Source of the DNA: Escherichia phage vB_EcoM_G10400
Sequence record: MK327937.1
Reading direction: 5' to 3' (one strand)
Length of the DNA stretch: 64,000 bases
Positions 19,431 through 31,952 of this stretch are shown here, piece after piece. A model generated the notes under the pieces. The model was not told the origin of the DNA. It saw only the letters and a list, made by a program, of their open reading frames with translations, and ran no database searches. The position numbers and the translations under genes were made by a program. The stretch's first letter is position 1. Each line of letters begins with the position of its first letter.

Positions 19431-20890
19431 AAACCAGTTACCTCATGAAAATCACCAAATACATCCTCGAATGTATTAGCTTTAGTTTTATCTTCACGCA
19501 AACGAATCGCAATCGGAAGAAATAATTTAACGTAATCAGTGCGGCCATCAGATTTTAACCAACCGTTGCATTCGCACTCTAGAATTTTTCCAATATAATA
19601 ATTTTGGTTTTCCATAATGCGAGTACGGTCAAGTTCATGCGATTTTACACCGGCTTTATCTTTTAAGCCTGAACCAGCATTTACTTTAATTTTTCCACAC
19701 TCTGACTCAAGAATAAATCCACCTGCTTTAGTAGGGTCTTTACGGTGAGGATAAATTCCTACAATTTTTAAATCAACATCAATTACTTCTTTAAATTTAT
19801 AGAGATTTTTTGAACGAGCATTTTCCCATAATCCATCGATATTTTTGAGAATAATACCTTCAAGACCTTGGTCAATATACTTTTTATAAATTATCTTGGC
19901 TTCGTCTAGGTTATTTACTACCTGGTTTTCAATTAAAATTACTTTATCATAGCCTGATGTCATTTGTTCTAGTTTAGAAAAACGTACATCATATTTCAAA
20001 CGAAATGCAGGAAGACCGTATATTTCTACCAACGGTACATAATCCCAGACCTGAAACTTCATGCATTGTGCTTCTTTTTCAGAAATGGTTCCCTTTAAAG
20101 ATTTATTGGCGATGCCATTAGATGCAGTACGTGATTCAGCTACTTCGGCGAATTCTTTAGCTTTACTGTTTTCAGGATAAGCATCAAAAAGAAAATCTAG
20201 GCCTTCTGGCTCCTTTTTAACTTGCTCATGATATACCAATTCGCCATCAATTAACACGCCTTCTGGATGAATCTGGCGGGCTTCAGCGGTCATTTTGATT
20301 AATTCTTCCTTAAGAAGATCTAATCCTAGATATTCATTACCAGCTCGTGATAAAAGACGAACGTCATCTAATTCATCACCTCTGACTTCGGCAAAGCACC
20401 GAGCTCCATCAGCTTTTAACTGGGCAAAGGCTGGAAATTTGATATTCTTATTAATGCCTTTTTCATCATAAGAACTTGCAAGCATTTGAGGTTGTTCAGG
20501 AATTAAACCTGGCCAAACTTTGTTCGCAATAGATACTGAAGCGCCACATTCAAGGTCTCGCATCATCACTCGACGCAAAACTTCAACATCATCTTTTTTA
20601 CCGTCAGTAATATAACCTACTAATTCCTCAATTGCCGCATTTCCGGTCAATTTTCGAGTAGCTAATGTAAATTCAATGAAGTCAAGCATATCAGTAATAG
20701 TCAGCATTCCAAAACTCTGGGTAGCAATACCAGGTTTAGGCCATTTCTTGATATAATACTGTAACCCACGAGAATAAGTCAGACGATATACTCGTTTAAG
20801 CAATTCATTATCTTTATTCTTTTCAAGAATTGCTTGCTTCTGCTTAGTTGAACCAATAGATGCTATTTCGTTCAGAATTTTAAGAATCAT
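19427..20890 (-). CDS. 30: ATP-dependent DNA ligase gp30
   Basis: 487 aa; MILKILNEIASIGSTKQKQAILEKNK and KADGAR adenylation motif as in T4 DNA ligase. Confidence 0.95.
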   Translation of the reverse strand: MILKILNEIASIGSTKQKQAILEKNKDNELLKRVYRLTYSRGLQYYIKKWPKPGIATQSFGMLTITDMLDFIEFTLATRKLTGNAAIEELVGYITDGKKDDVEVLRRVMMRDLECGASVSIANKVWPGLIPEQPQMLASSYDEKGINKNIKFPAFAQLKADGARCFAEVRGDELDDVRLLSRAGNEYLGLDLLKEELIKMTAEARQIHPEGVLIDGELVYHEQVKKEPEGLDFLFDAYPENSKAKEFAEVAESRTASNGIANKSLKGTISEKEAQCMKFQVWDYVPLVEIYGLPAFRLKYDVRFSKLEQMTSGYDKVILIENQVVNNLDEAKIIYKKYIDQGLEGIILKNIDGLWENARSKNLYKFKEVIDVDLKIVGIYPHRKDPTKAGGFILESECGKIKVNAGSGLKDKAGVKSHELDRTRIMENQNYYIGKILECECNGWLKSDGRTDYVKLFLPIAIRLREDKTKANTFEDVFGDFHEVTGL

Positions 20891-21156
20891 TGTTCATCCT
20901 TTAGAGTTTGGTTTACAGCTCTATTATAAATCAATTCATCATTAAGCTCAGTCAAAGACCTGTGGTACGTTGTTCTAACTTTATTTCCTTGCATCCAGTG
21001 CTTGACGTAAATGAAACCTTGCTCTACACATTTTTTAAAAATTCGTTCGTCTTTTTGAGCTCGGAATTCTGGATTGCATCTAAAAAATTGATTTACGTGA
21101 CCGTAATCACGTGTAGTATTACCTTCATTTTCATAAATAGTGTGAACAACAAACAT
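20887..21156 (-). CDS. Hypothetical protein (30.1-like)
   Basis: 89-aa ORF in ligase-distal early cluster. Confidence 0.5.
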   Translation of the reverse strand: MFVVHTIYENEGNTTRDYGHVNQFFRCNPEFRAQKDERIFKKCVEQGFIYVKHWMQGNKVRTTYHRSLTELNDELIYNRAVNQTLKDEQ

Positions 21157-21995
21157 TAGAATGCTCCTTGGAAAATATTATTAGCACCAGTAGGTCTATT
21201 ATACAAATACTCTATGCCACCGGGTTTAATATAGTTCCATGTCTGAAACGGATGCGTCTGATATGGATGATATAGATGATTATAAGGATTAAATCCAGGA
21301 GTTCTCCAGGTAGTGTTCCAAGGAAAAGAATCGTTTTTAATCATCTTTTCAATTACATCTTTTATAGCTTTTTCACTATCAAAACTTTCTTTATTTTCCT
21401 TCGGTGAAAAAAGCTTATTTTCTACATCATTCCATGTATAAACTCGCTGAGCAGTTTTTGGAATATTGTCACGCTCTCCTCGAGCCATCCAATAAACAGG
21501 AACATTTAATATTTCACTCGCATGATCGCAATGGTGAGCGAGATCGTCAATATAACAAATCACGTTATATTTCTCTTTTGCCTTTTTAAACAACTCTTCT
21601 TTTGAAGAATCATGACCACACATCAGTACTTCTGAGAAGGCACCAGGAAAAAGAGCGTTCAAATTAAATTGACGATTCAGCAGAGCGTCAATAGAATCAC
21701 CCAATGCTGTAACAGCTACAAAATTATAATCTTCTTTTAATTTGTTAATTACACACAGAGCATCTTTATATGGAGACAAGTAACGAATAAAATCTGAACG
21801 ATTGTATTTTTCAATTAGCTTGACGCCAAGTTCTTCATCACAATTAAAAAGTTTACCTGGAGAAATAAATTTCTCATCTTGGATCATTTTTAAAATATGT
21901 TCTAATGGAAGATTATATTTCTGAGCAAAATAAGGAAGACCTGATTGCCAGCTTAAACATACTCCATCAATATCAGTTAAAATAGTAGGCTTCAT
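21156..21995 (-). CDS. HAD-family phosphatase-like protein (30.2-like)
   Basis: 279 aa; N-terminal LTDIDGV motif typical of HAD hydrolases. Confidence 0.55.
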   Translation of the reverse strand: MKPTILTDIDGVCLSWQSGLPYFAQKYNLPLEHILKMIQDEKFISPGKLFNCDEELGVKLIEKYNRSDFIRYLSPYKDALCVINKLKEDYNFVAVTALGDSIDALLNRQFNLNALFPGAFSEVLMCGHDSSKEELFKKAKEKYNVICYIDDLAHHCDHASEILNVPVYWMARGERDNIPKTAQRVYTWNDVENKLFSPKENKESFDSEKAIKDVIEKMIKNDSFPWNTTWRTPGFNPYNHLYHPYQTHPFQTWNYIKPGGIEYLYNRPTGANNIFQGAF

Positions 21996-22456
21996 AGAGA
22001 GTCTCTTAATAGGTTTAACACATCAATAAATTCAGCTTCGGTTAGTATTGTATCATCTTTTGTTAGACCACTAGCCATGCTGTGCTTCAAAACTTTTCCT
22101 TTCGAGGCTTGTAATGCATCACGAAAGCCCTTGTTTTGAATCGCTGCTTCAAAATATGCATTTGTGTATAATTCTTTCCACGCCGGGGAGTATCTTGAAA
22201 ACGGAACTCCAATCCAGAAGAGGGTCCCACGGTCCTGAGCTCTAGCATAAGACCTTCCAGCTTGTTGGGCGGCAAGCCCGGATAACCCAAATATACGACG
22301 TTGTTGTTCAACATTTTTCACCTTACACCCTTGGAGGAATCCTTCAAGACCTCCAAATTGAATACCATCCATAACGAAAGGCCATTGGGCGAAATTACTT
22401 AATGCGCATGATGGCCATCTAAAATTACTTCTAATCTCTAACTCAGACATTTTCAA
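21992..22456 (-). CDS. NADAR/YbiA-like domain protein (30.3-like)
   Basis: LSNFAQWPF motif resembles the YbiA/NADAR signature; true start probably at MSELE (22450). Confidence 0.5.
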   Translation of the reverse strand: MKMSELEIRSNFRWPSCALSNFAQWPFVMDGIQFGGLEGFLQGCKVKNVEQQRRIFGLSGLAAQQAGRSYARAQDRGTLFWIGVPFSRYSPAWKELYTNAYFEAAIQNKGFRDALQASKGKVLKHSMASGLTKDDTILTEAEFIDVLNLLRDSL

Positions 22457-22649
22457 TGCTTATAATTTCAACATCAGCCCAATGACCATAGCAAGGAAGA
22501 CGAAATTCAACTGGCCAGTTAGGGTCCTTTTCTAATATAATAGACTTAACTTGTGGTTCTTCGTGTTCATCAGTATACGGATTTTTATCTGTTACTTTAT
22601 ATGTGACCTTAATGTACTGAATTCCAAAAATCTTATTAATTATATTCAT
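22443..22649 (-). CDS. Hypothetical small protein
   Basis: 68-aa ORF, same-strand tight packing. Confidence 0.45.
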   Translation of the reverse strand: MNIINKIFGIQYIKVTYKVTDKNPYTDEHEEPQVKSIILEKDPNWPVEFRLPCYGHWADVEIISIENV

Positions 22650-22843
22650 ACTAATTCCTTTAATCCGTAGATAGGAGATAATTCATCACCCATACGAAGG
22701 TCTTCATTTCCATCTACCCAGGAAACAATATAAGCCTCTTTTATTTGAATACCACTCCATTTAAATGGAGGTAGAACCTTAGAAATTAATCCAGGTATAC
22801 CAACTCCCTTTAATTCAACGGTTTGACCTAAAAAGAATTTCAT
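22646..22843 (-). CDS. Hypothetical small protein
   Basis: 65-aa ORF. Confidence 0.45.
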   Translation of the reverse strand: MKFFLGQTVELKGVGIPGLISKVLPPFKWSGIQIKEAYIVSWVDGNEDLRMGDELSPIYGLKELV

Positions 22844-23130
22844 TAAAACCTCATCTGAAAACCATGCGATTTAACGTTACCACCGCCAATATCAGAAATA
22901 TTAATTTCACGCGCAATTGAAGGGTCAATGTCAATTTCACGATTGAGTTTAGTGATAGCTAAAGTATCGCGCCCATTTACAGTACGGAACTCTAAAGGAC
23001 AAACCACATCAACGTAGTTTTTAATCGATTCGCTAGTAGGTTGCAAATGTGCAGGAAGGTCTTTAGGCGACTTTGAGAAAACTACTTCGCAGAAGTTTTT
23101 ACGGGTATCAAAATAAGTAGTCATAAACAT
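22843..23130 (-). CDS. Hypothetical protein
   Basis: 95-aa ORF. Confidence 0.5.
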   Translation of the reverse strand: MFMTTYFDTRKNFCEVVFSKSPKDLPAHLQPTSESIKNYVDVVCPLEFRTVNGRDTLAITKLNREIDIDPSIAREINISDIGGGNVKSHGFQMRF

Positions 23131-23171
23131 AACATTTTCCTCAGTAAGGGGCCAAAGCCCCTCATTTTATT

Positions 23172-23549
23172 TTAAATATCAAATTCGTTAAGAACTACAT
23201 CAAAGATTGCTTCAAGATGCTCAGGTTTAGCTCTGTTACTCAGAATATGACGAATCCAAGTTTTAACCAAAAGCTTGCGATTAGCACCATTCCAGCAAGG
23301 ATGAGTCCCTAAATCACGTTGACGAAAATCATCATCCAGAGCGATTTTGAAGTTTGAACCTTCCATTGTGATTGAAACCGTGATGCCATTTTCAAATCGC
23401 ATATAAACGTAATTAGGAGTCATATACTGTTCAATTTCGCATACTGATCCATTTTGATGTTTCCAAAGGCAAATAGTATCAATAGAACCTGCAATACAAT
23501 TAGAAACATATTTACGTTCAAAATTGGTGTAGTTCATTTTATTCTCCAA
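23172..23549 (-). CDS. Hypothetical protein
   Basis: 125-aa ORF. Confidence 0.5.
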   Translation of the reverse strand: MENKMNYTNFERKYVSNCIAGSIDTICLWKHQNGSVCEIEQYMTPNYVYMRFENGITVSITMEGSNFKIALDDDFRQRDLGTHPCWNGANRKLLVKTWIRHILSNRAKPEHLEAIFDVVLNEFDI

Positions 23550-23604
23550 GATGTTTAATTGCGGTACAGGTATATAATATCATATCCTGTACCAAAGTAA
23601 ACAA

Positions 23605-23937
23605 TTATTTTACTACTTTCCAATGCTGCATGTCAAGTTTACCAACTTTTTTCATCTTCTCAATTAAGCGTTCTGCACGTTGGCGAGCTGTAACATAATG
23701 CCATTCGCCTAATTCATTTTGTTCAATTTTTCCAACGATTACTGTATTCAATTCATAAATCCAACCAGTAAAGAAATTATGAACTTGAATTGTAAAGGTG
23801 AAATCTGTTCCCATACCTTCTGTTGTTTCTACTTCAATAATATCACCTTCAACTGCCATTAAGAACCACATAGTTTCATCATATTTACCATTGAAGCATT
23901 TAGTTTTAACTGTAGCGTTCAGATTAATCGTTTTCAT
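23605..23937 (-). CDS. Hypothetical protein
   Basis: 110-aa ORF. Confidence 0.5.
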   Translation of the reverse strand: MKTINLNATVKTKCFNGKYDETMWFLMAVEGDIIEVETTEGMGTDFTFTIQVHNFFTGWIYELNTVIVGKIEQNELGEWHYVTARQRAERLIEKMKKVGKLDMQHWKVVK

Positions 23938-24010
23938 TTTATTCTCCTTTGTTTATGTAAGATAATACTATCACAAAGGAACTATACTGTAAACAACTTT
24001 ATGCAATCTT

Positions 24011-24042
24011 TGGAAAATAAAAAAGGACTCCCGAAGGAGTCC
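24011..24042 (-). terminator. Intrinsic terminator after small basic protein gene
   Basis: GGACTCC-CGAA-GGAGTCC hairpin (24025-24042) followed on minus strand by U-run. Confidence 0.6.
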
Positions 24043-24047
24043 TCAAC

Positions 24048-24224
24048 TTATGCTTTCTGCTTACCAAAACGAGAAGCATCATCTCGAAGAACCGCACGTG
24101 CTCGGCGCATGATCTTCTCAACAGTTTGATTGATACGAGAGTTCGACCCACGCTTGTAGCCAGCGCGTTTAGAATCACCAACTTTCTTTTCAACTGCTTT
24201 CTTTGCTTTAACTTGTTTTGCCAT
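24048..24224 (-). CDS. Small lysine/arginine-rich basic protein, function unknown
   Basis: MAKQVKAKKAVEKK...; start at 24224 preferred over ORF-track start 24266 (no SD there). Confidence 0.5.
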   Translation of the reverse strand: MAKQVKAKKAVEKKVGDSKRAGYKRGSNSRINQTVEKIMRRARAVLRDDASRFGKQKA

Positions 24225-24468
24225 TATAAATTCTCTTTTAAATGAAAATGCAGGACTTATTGGCATTGCCTGCGAAAGCCCTCAAAGGGGTACTTAGGTT
24301 TTGAATATTTACCGACAGGATAACCATAAACCCGTCATCATTCACATTCAAGAGGTACACCATAAAACTGCCGGGGTCTTAAAACTATAATGATTCGCAA
24401 ATCATTAATCAGACAGTTCGATGGCTCCTCGATTTTAGCTCACACTAAGGCAGTGAATCTCCAATAAA

Positions 24469-24717
24469 TTACTTCAGTGTTACCACAAAGTGACGAACTG
24501 CTTTTCGTGCAGCAGAAGCCAGAGGCTTAGCATACTTAAGTTCATCTTTTTCCTGAAGCTCAGCGGCTAATGCAGTTTGAGCAGGATTTAGATGTTTGAA
24601 ATAACGCAGGATTTCAAGAGCTTCGGCTTCAACATCAATAGATGCGCCATAGTTTTCGTGACCATTATTCCATGCGTTTCGTTGCAGTTCAAGAGCGTGT
24701 TGTAATTGTTTAATCAT
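24469..24717 (-). CDS. rIII: rIII lysis inhibition accessory protein
   Basis: 82 aa; position upstream of ligase cluster as in T4. Confidence 0.8.
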   Translation of the reverse strand: MIKQLQHALELQRNAWNNGHENYGASIDVEAEALEILRYFKHLNPAQTALAAELQEKDELKYAKPLASAARKAVRHFVVTLK

Positions 24718-24864
24718 TTAAAAATTCTCGTTAGAGATTAAAACTCGGTAGTCACGTTCTTCTGAATTTCATCTTCTTTCGACAGATCTCTCAGTTGTAG
24801 ACTACCACATAGAATTGTTCGGTTAACTTATTATTCCGACACCCAATTCATATTATTATTTATA

Positions 24865-25200
24865 TCACTTATAAAGACATGGAATAGCTTTATAGTGACA
24901 AGTAACGAATTTTTGTTTAATTTCTTTTGGCTGCTTAAGACCCAGAGCTACAAAAGGATGCGGAACGTTTCGAATTTGACCAACTGGAAGAGAAGTCAAA
25001 TCACCAACTTCGCAGAAACCTTCAGGAACATCAGGACCAACAGAGTGAACTACACACAATTCAGGAACTTCACCTTGAACACGTTTACCGATAATAAGCC
25101 CTGATTCTGTGACTTCTTCATCGCCAGCTTGTGCAGGTTCAGAAACTAAAATAACATATTCACCGACAGCACGAATTGGTAGCTGTTGTACTTCAGACAT
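24865..25200 (-). CDS. 31: Co-chaperonin gp31 (GroES-like)
   Basis: 111 aa; GroES-like fold signature, T4 gp31 length. Confidence 0.85.
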
Positions 25201-25256
25201 CGTTTTTCCTTTTTGTTAATAGATGAATTAATAATAACAAATAATTCTTAAAGCAT

Positions 25257-25565
25257 TTATTTACCAATAAATTGGAGCAAATGCTCAACTTTCATACCAT
25301 TAACGGAAATCAATTTGTCAATAGAAAAACCTCGCCATGCGCCAAGTTCAACATCAAATACTGGAATCATGTCAGTAGATTCTTTCCGAGTAGATTCAGT
25401 CAATTTACCAGTTTGCATGGTTGGCATAAAGTCTGCATCACGAGTACCTTTCATAGTACGAATAGTACCATCAGACTTTTCAAAAACTACGTTTGAAACA
25501 CCCATGGACAATTTAGTTTTCAAAATTTCGCGAATTGCTACTTTCTGCTCAGTTGTCAGTTTCAT
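25257..25565 (-). CDS. Hypothetical protein (31.1-like)
   Basis: 102-aa ORF. Confidence 0.5.
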   Translation of the reverse strand: MKLTTEQKVAIREILKTKLSMGVSNVVFEKSDGTIRTMKGTRDADFMPTMQTGKLTESTRKESTDMIPVFDVELGAWRGFSIDKLISVNGMKVEHLLQFIGK

Positions 25566-25802
25566 TTATTTACCTATTACAGTTTTAATATGAGTTGTTC
25601 CACGTTCTTTAAGGGTGGAAAGTAATTTTTGGCATTTTTCTAAATCAGATTTCCAACTATATGGTCTATCAATACAAACCCAATTTGTCTTATAATACTG
25701 TTTCCATTTAGAGAAAAAATATTTCTTATACTCTACAGCAAACGAGATGTTCTCATTAGAATAAGAACTAATTGCTGTGAGCTTTACCAAACGAAATTTC
25801 AT
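25566..25802 (-). CDS. Hypothetical protein (31.2-like)
   Basis: 78-aa ORF. Confidence 0.5.
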   Translation of the reverse strand: MKFRLVKLTAISSYSNENISFAVEYKKYFFSKWKQYYKTNWVCIDRPYSWKSDLEKCQKLLSTLKERGTTHIKTVIGK

Positions 25803-26383
25803 TATTCACCACAGAATTCGTTGATATTTTCCCAGTTTAACTTATTCAAGTTTTTCTTAGGAACATTAAACACTTCAATACCTGCATTTCGCAGAATATC
25901 ATCCCAGCCAGGTTTATTTTTATCGTATGTTTCGCAATAAACCAGCTTTTTAATACCAGATTGAGCTATTGCTTTTGCACAATCTGGACAGGGAGAAAGT
26001 GTTACATACATAGTAGCACCTTCAATAGAAGAACCATTTCGTGCAGCAAACAAAATTGCATTTAGTTCAGCATGAATTTCATTTTTAGATGACCATTCCG
26101 AGTGAGCACTACGATGTTCTTTTGCCAAGACAAAACGATCAGTTGAACCAAATGATACGCATTCGGGCTTATGGCCTTGAATGATAGTATGTTTAGGCTT
26201 ATTCAACAACCATCCTTGCTCAGCAGCATAATCACAACAGTTCACACCCCCTGCGGGTGAACCATTATACCCAGTAGAAATAATACGTCCATTCTTTTCA
26301 ATTACTGCTCCTACCTTCCAGGAGCAACATTTTGATTCTTGTGATACTAAATATGCAATTTGAAGTACTGTACTCGCTTTCAT
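25802..26383 (-). CDS. cd: dCMP deaminase
   Basis: 193 aa; zinc-binding HAELNAI and SPCPDCAK cytidine/dCMP deaminase motifs. Confidence 0.9.
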   Translation of the reverse strand: MKASTVLQIAYLVSQESKCCSWKVGAVIEKNGRIISTGYNGSPAGGVNCCDYAAEQGWLLNKPKHTIIQGHKPECVSFGSTDRFVLAKEHRSAHSEWSSKNEIHAELNAILFAARNGSSIEGATMYVTLSPCPDCAKAIAQSGIKKLVYCETYDKNKPGWDDILRNAGIEVFNVPKKNLNKLNWENINEFCGE

Positions 26384-26718
26384 TTCATAATCACCAGATA
26401 AGCAGATTTAGCAGTTTCAACACGATAAATTTCGTGACGAAGTTTAGTTATACTTTTAATAACAGAACTAATTATATTCTGCCCATCTTTAAAGCGGTTT
26501 TTCTTGTCAATAAAAATTGCACCAACCATCTTTTTGTGAAGCTCAACTGGATACTTCGTCACAATAATAGCATCATATACAGAAGGATGAATACTATTTA
26601 CTAGAGTGTCATTCATTAAAGTTATTCTAATGAACTGTGCTGTTTCAGAGTCAAGCGCTCTATGATCGCCAGTATCATTTTCAAGACAATTATCAATTAT
26701 ATCAGTTAAATTCATCAT
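26380..26718 (-). CDS. Hypothetical protein (cd.1-like)
   Basis: 112-aa ORF. Confidence 0.5.
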   Translation of the reverse strand: MMNLTDIIDNCLENDTGDHRALDSETAQFIRITLMNDTLVNSIHPSVYDAIIVTKYPVELHKKMVGAIFIDKKNRFKDGQNIISSVIKSITKLRHEIYRVETAKSAYLVIMK

Positions 26719-27050
26719 AGTACGCCATACACCCTTTGTGCTTCAACTAATCCATCAAAATCCAGTTTAAGATGCGATATTTGATCGCCATCGCCTGGAT
26801 TCACAATTACTAATACTGAACGAGGAGTTTCGGTAATAACACGAACCGATGTTTCAGGAAATCGTTCAGAAACCTTATTTACCAATTCCTGAGCAAATAG
26901 TTTAACTTTTTCTTGGAATTCTTTAACAGTAATTGGTTTTTCACTTAGCAGCATTTTGTTTTCCTCATTTGTTTGGTAGAGCCATAATATCACAACTCTA
27001 CCGTAAAGTAAACTATTAAATCGCTTTGAATTCCGCAGTTTGAGATTCAA
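26715..27050 (-). CDS. Hypothetical protein (cd.2-like)
   Basis: 111-aa ORF; start uncertain. Confidence 0.45.
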   Translation of the reverse strand: MNLKLRNSKRFNSLLYGRVVILWLYQTNEENKMLLSEKPITVKEFQEKVKLFAQELVNKVSERFPETSVRVITETPRSVLVIVNPGDGDQISHLKLDFDGLVEAQRVYGVL

Positions 27051-27291
27051 AGCGAATGTCGCCTTTGATAACTAGCTCAGCATCAAGACCAAATACGACA
27101 ATGATATGCGCGGAACCTGGATACAGCGTAATGGCAACAGAATCCACCTGGTCTGGAAGCAAAGTGTTTAATACATGAGTCACTTGAGCATGGATTCGAA
27201 GTTCGGCTGCGTTATCAAGCTTTTCAAACATATTATTAGCGATAATTTGGCTAAACACTACTTCTACGATTTTAGAGTAAGTCGGAAACAT
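27016..27291 (-). CDS. Hypothetical protein (cd.3-like)
   Basis: 91-aa ORF. Confidence 0.45.
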   Translation of the reverse strand: MFPTYSKIVEVVFSQIIANNMFEKLDNAAELRIHAQVTHVLNTLLPDQVDSVAITLYPGSAHIIVVFGLDAELVIKGDIRFESQTAEFKAI

Positions 27292-27293
27292 AT

Positions 27294-27494
27294 TTACCTC
27301 ACATAATTTTCTTCAAGCCAATCAATAACATCCAACGCATTATCAAAAGTTGAACCATCTACTCTGTCTTCTGTTTCATAATCAAGAACATCTAAGCCTA
27401 CTCTTCCATCAACAATAGGCCATAAACAAAATAGATATTTCTTTTCTTTTTCAATTTTATCACAAAGACGATAAATCTTTTCTATGTTATTCAT
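27294..27494 (-). CDS. Hypothetical protein (cd.4-like)
   Basis: 66-aa ORF. Confidence 0.45.
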   Translation of the reverse strand: MNNIEKIYRLCDKIEKEKKYLFCLWPIVDGRVGLDVLDYETEDRVDGSTFDNALDVIDWLEENYVR

Positions 27495-27683
27495 AAGTTT
27501 TCCATGGTAAAGGCAGTTTAGTTTTCTTTACTGTTAGTTCAACATCAGGATTCTTTTCTCTTAATTTAAGGCATTCCTCCCAAGCTCTGATTTCACTAGT
27601 GAATACACAAAATTGCCCATTACTAGTACCGACTAAACCACTATTTACAATAATAATAGCCCAAGTTTCATGGTGCAAAGCCA

Positions 27684-27684
<1 letters not shown>
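27487..27684 (-). CDS. Hypothetical protein (cd.5-like)
   Basis: 65-aa ORF. Confidence 0.45.
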
Positions 27685-28902
<1,218 letters not shown>

Positions 28903-28906
<4 letters not shown>

Positions 28907-29133
28907 TTATTTTTCTCAACCAATGATTGAATATAATCATGCAGGTCTTTAGATGCTTTACCCCACTTATTTTGATATTCATTTTTGAGATTAGCACGTG
29001 ATTGAGCTAATAAAACATCATTAGTTGGAGGTAAAGATTCTAATCGCTGAATCTGGCGTCCATAAATCATTGCAGCCATCTCGGATTCATAAATCAATCC
29101 TTTGAGATGTTCAAATTGATGCCATGAAATCAT
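28903..29133 (-). CDS. Hypothetical protein (pseT.2-like)
   Basis: 76-aa ORF. Confidence 0.5.
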
Positions 29134-29429
29134 TTACATTTATCCTCTTTTAACTCTTGACGATAATAACATATCATAGTTTTCTGGTCATGTACATATC
29201 GTTTTACATCATTAAGCCAAATACGAAATTCCTGGGAATCTTCAAATGGCATACCGACCCAAGCTTTACCATCAATAACTTTAACTTGCCAAGATAATTT
29301 AGCTTCGTCATATGACTTTATTTGTACAGGCCAATTAGGATGAATTGTTTCTTTCTTTACTTCTAGAGGCTTTGTCGAACAACCAACTAGAAGACCAATA
29401 GATAATATTACTGCTGATAGTTTAATCAT
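29130..29429 (-). CDS. Putative lipoprotein (pseT.3-like)
   Basis: Signal peptide with lipobox LLVGCS near N-terminus. Confidence 0.5.
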   Translation of the reverse strand: MIKLSAVILSIGLLVGCSTKPLEVKKETIHPNWPVQIKSYDEAKLSWQVKVIDGKAWVGMPFEDSQEFRIWLNDVKRYVHDQKTMICYYRQELKEDKCK

Positions 29430-29779
29430 TTAGAAAGGTCCTGGATGTCTTCTGCTAACTTGTTGAAGGAGTTGTTAATTTGTTTTTCAACCAATCCTGG
29501 CTTATGAGCCACCACATCCGCCTTCTTTGCGTCTTTGCGCAGTTTTTCATTTTCACGCTCAATAGCAGCAATTGCCTCACGATTTTTATTATTCATCGCA
29601 TCAATATAATTATACTGAATTCGCAAATTATTTAATGCTAAAGCGTTTTCATTGGCTGTTTTTGTAATTTCGGTAACTGATGTTTCTAATCTTTCTACCT
29701 TATTTTTTAAAATAATAGATGTTCCGCCAAATGCTATTACAAGTAATAGCAATCCAGCTGTAAAATTACTTACATGCAT
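29426..29779 (-). CDS. Membrane-anchored coiled-coil protein, hypothetical
   Basis: N-terminal hydrophobic helix followed by charged heptad-like region. Confidence 0.45.
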   Translation of the reverse strand: MHVSNFTAGLLLLVIAFGGTSIILKNKVERLETSVTEITKTANENALALNNLRIQYNYIDAMNNKNREAIAAIERENEKLRKDAKKADVVAHKPGLVEKQINNSFNKLAEDIQDLSK

Positions 29780-30273
29780 AAAGTTTTAATAACCTCTATA
29801 ATATCGTCTTGAGAAAGACCGTTAATTAAAATATGATGTTCAGCTGGAGATTTAGAAATTTTAAAGCATGCCTCAACATCTTCTGCCATATCCGATGCAC
29901 TACGATTTGGATTACTAATCCCAAGGCGATGTTTTCCCGTCAAAGGATTAACGATGATATAGCATTTGCAGCTATTGATATGAACATTGGGTTGAGTCTG
30001 ATTAATGAACACTTCACAATCATACTTAGCGAGTTGATTTTCTAAAAAGACTTTCATCTCTTCAACCGCATCAGGAAGCATATCACGGGCTTGCTCAAGA
30101 CGACGATTTCGATATTCTTTAATGGTCGTTTTCCGCTTGACTTGCTTAGCTAAATCTTTCTTAAGATCGGTGATATATCCAACTCGACGGTTTCCTTTAA
30201 ATACAGAAATCCCATCTGTAGTATCACCGTATGCTTCAACGACCATTTCAGTAGTAATACGCTGCAAATCCAT
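29770..30273 (-). CDS. alc: Alc, terminator of host (cytosine-DNA) transcription
   Basis: About 167 aa, directly downstream of rnlA on the same strand as in T4. Confidence 0.75.
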   Translation of the reverse strand: MDLQRITTEMVVEAYGDTTDGISVFKGNRRVGYITDLKKDLAKQVKRKTTIKEYRNRRLEQARDMLPDAVEEMKVFLENQLAKYDCEVFINQTQPNVHINSCKCYIIVNPLTGKHRLGISNPNRSASDMAEDVEACFKISKSPAEHHILINGLSQDDIIEVIKTLCM

Positions 30274-30304
30274 CATAAAGTCCTCATGTTATGCCAGTAA
30301 GACT

Positions 30305-30334
30305 ACTATAACACAACACGAGGGACTTGTAAAC
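30305..30334 (-). promoter_or_regulatory. Candidate early promoter (GTTTAC -35, 18-nt spacer, TATAGT -10) upstream of alc
   Basis: Near-identical to the element at 15045-15074; GTTTAC at 30329-30334, TATAGT at 30305-30310. Confidence 0.5.
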
Positions 30335-30337
30335 AGC

Positions 30338-31925
<1,588 letters not shown>

Positions 31926-31933
31926 AATAAAAT

Positions 31934-31947
31934 GGGCCTTGCGGCCC
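31934..31947 (-). terminator. Stem-loop after nrdB
   Basis: GGGCC-TTGC-GGCCC hairpin immediately 3' of nrdB stop on minus strand. Confidence 0.4.
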
Positions 31948-31952
31948 ACTCC

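Noticed and set aside
25272-25593. Plus-strand ORFs of 74 and 92 aa overlapping 31.1/31.2
   Set aside because: Antisense to a same-strand packed minus-strand gene series; no SD.
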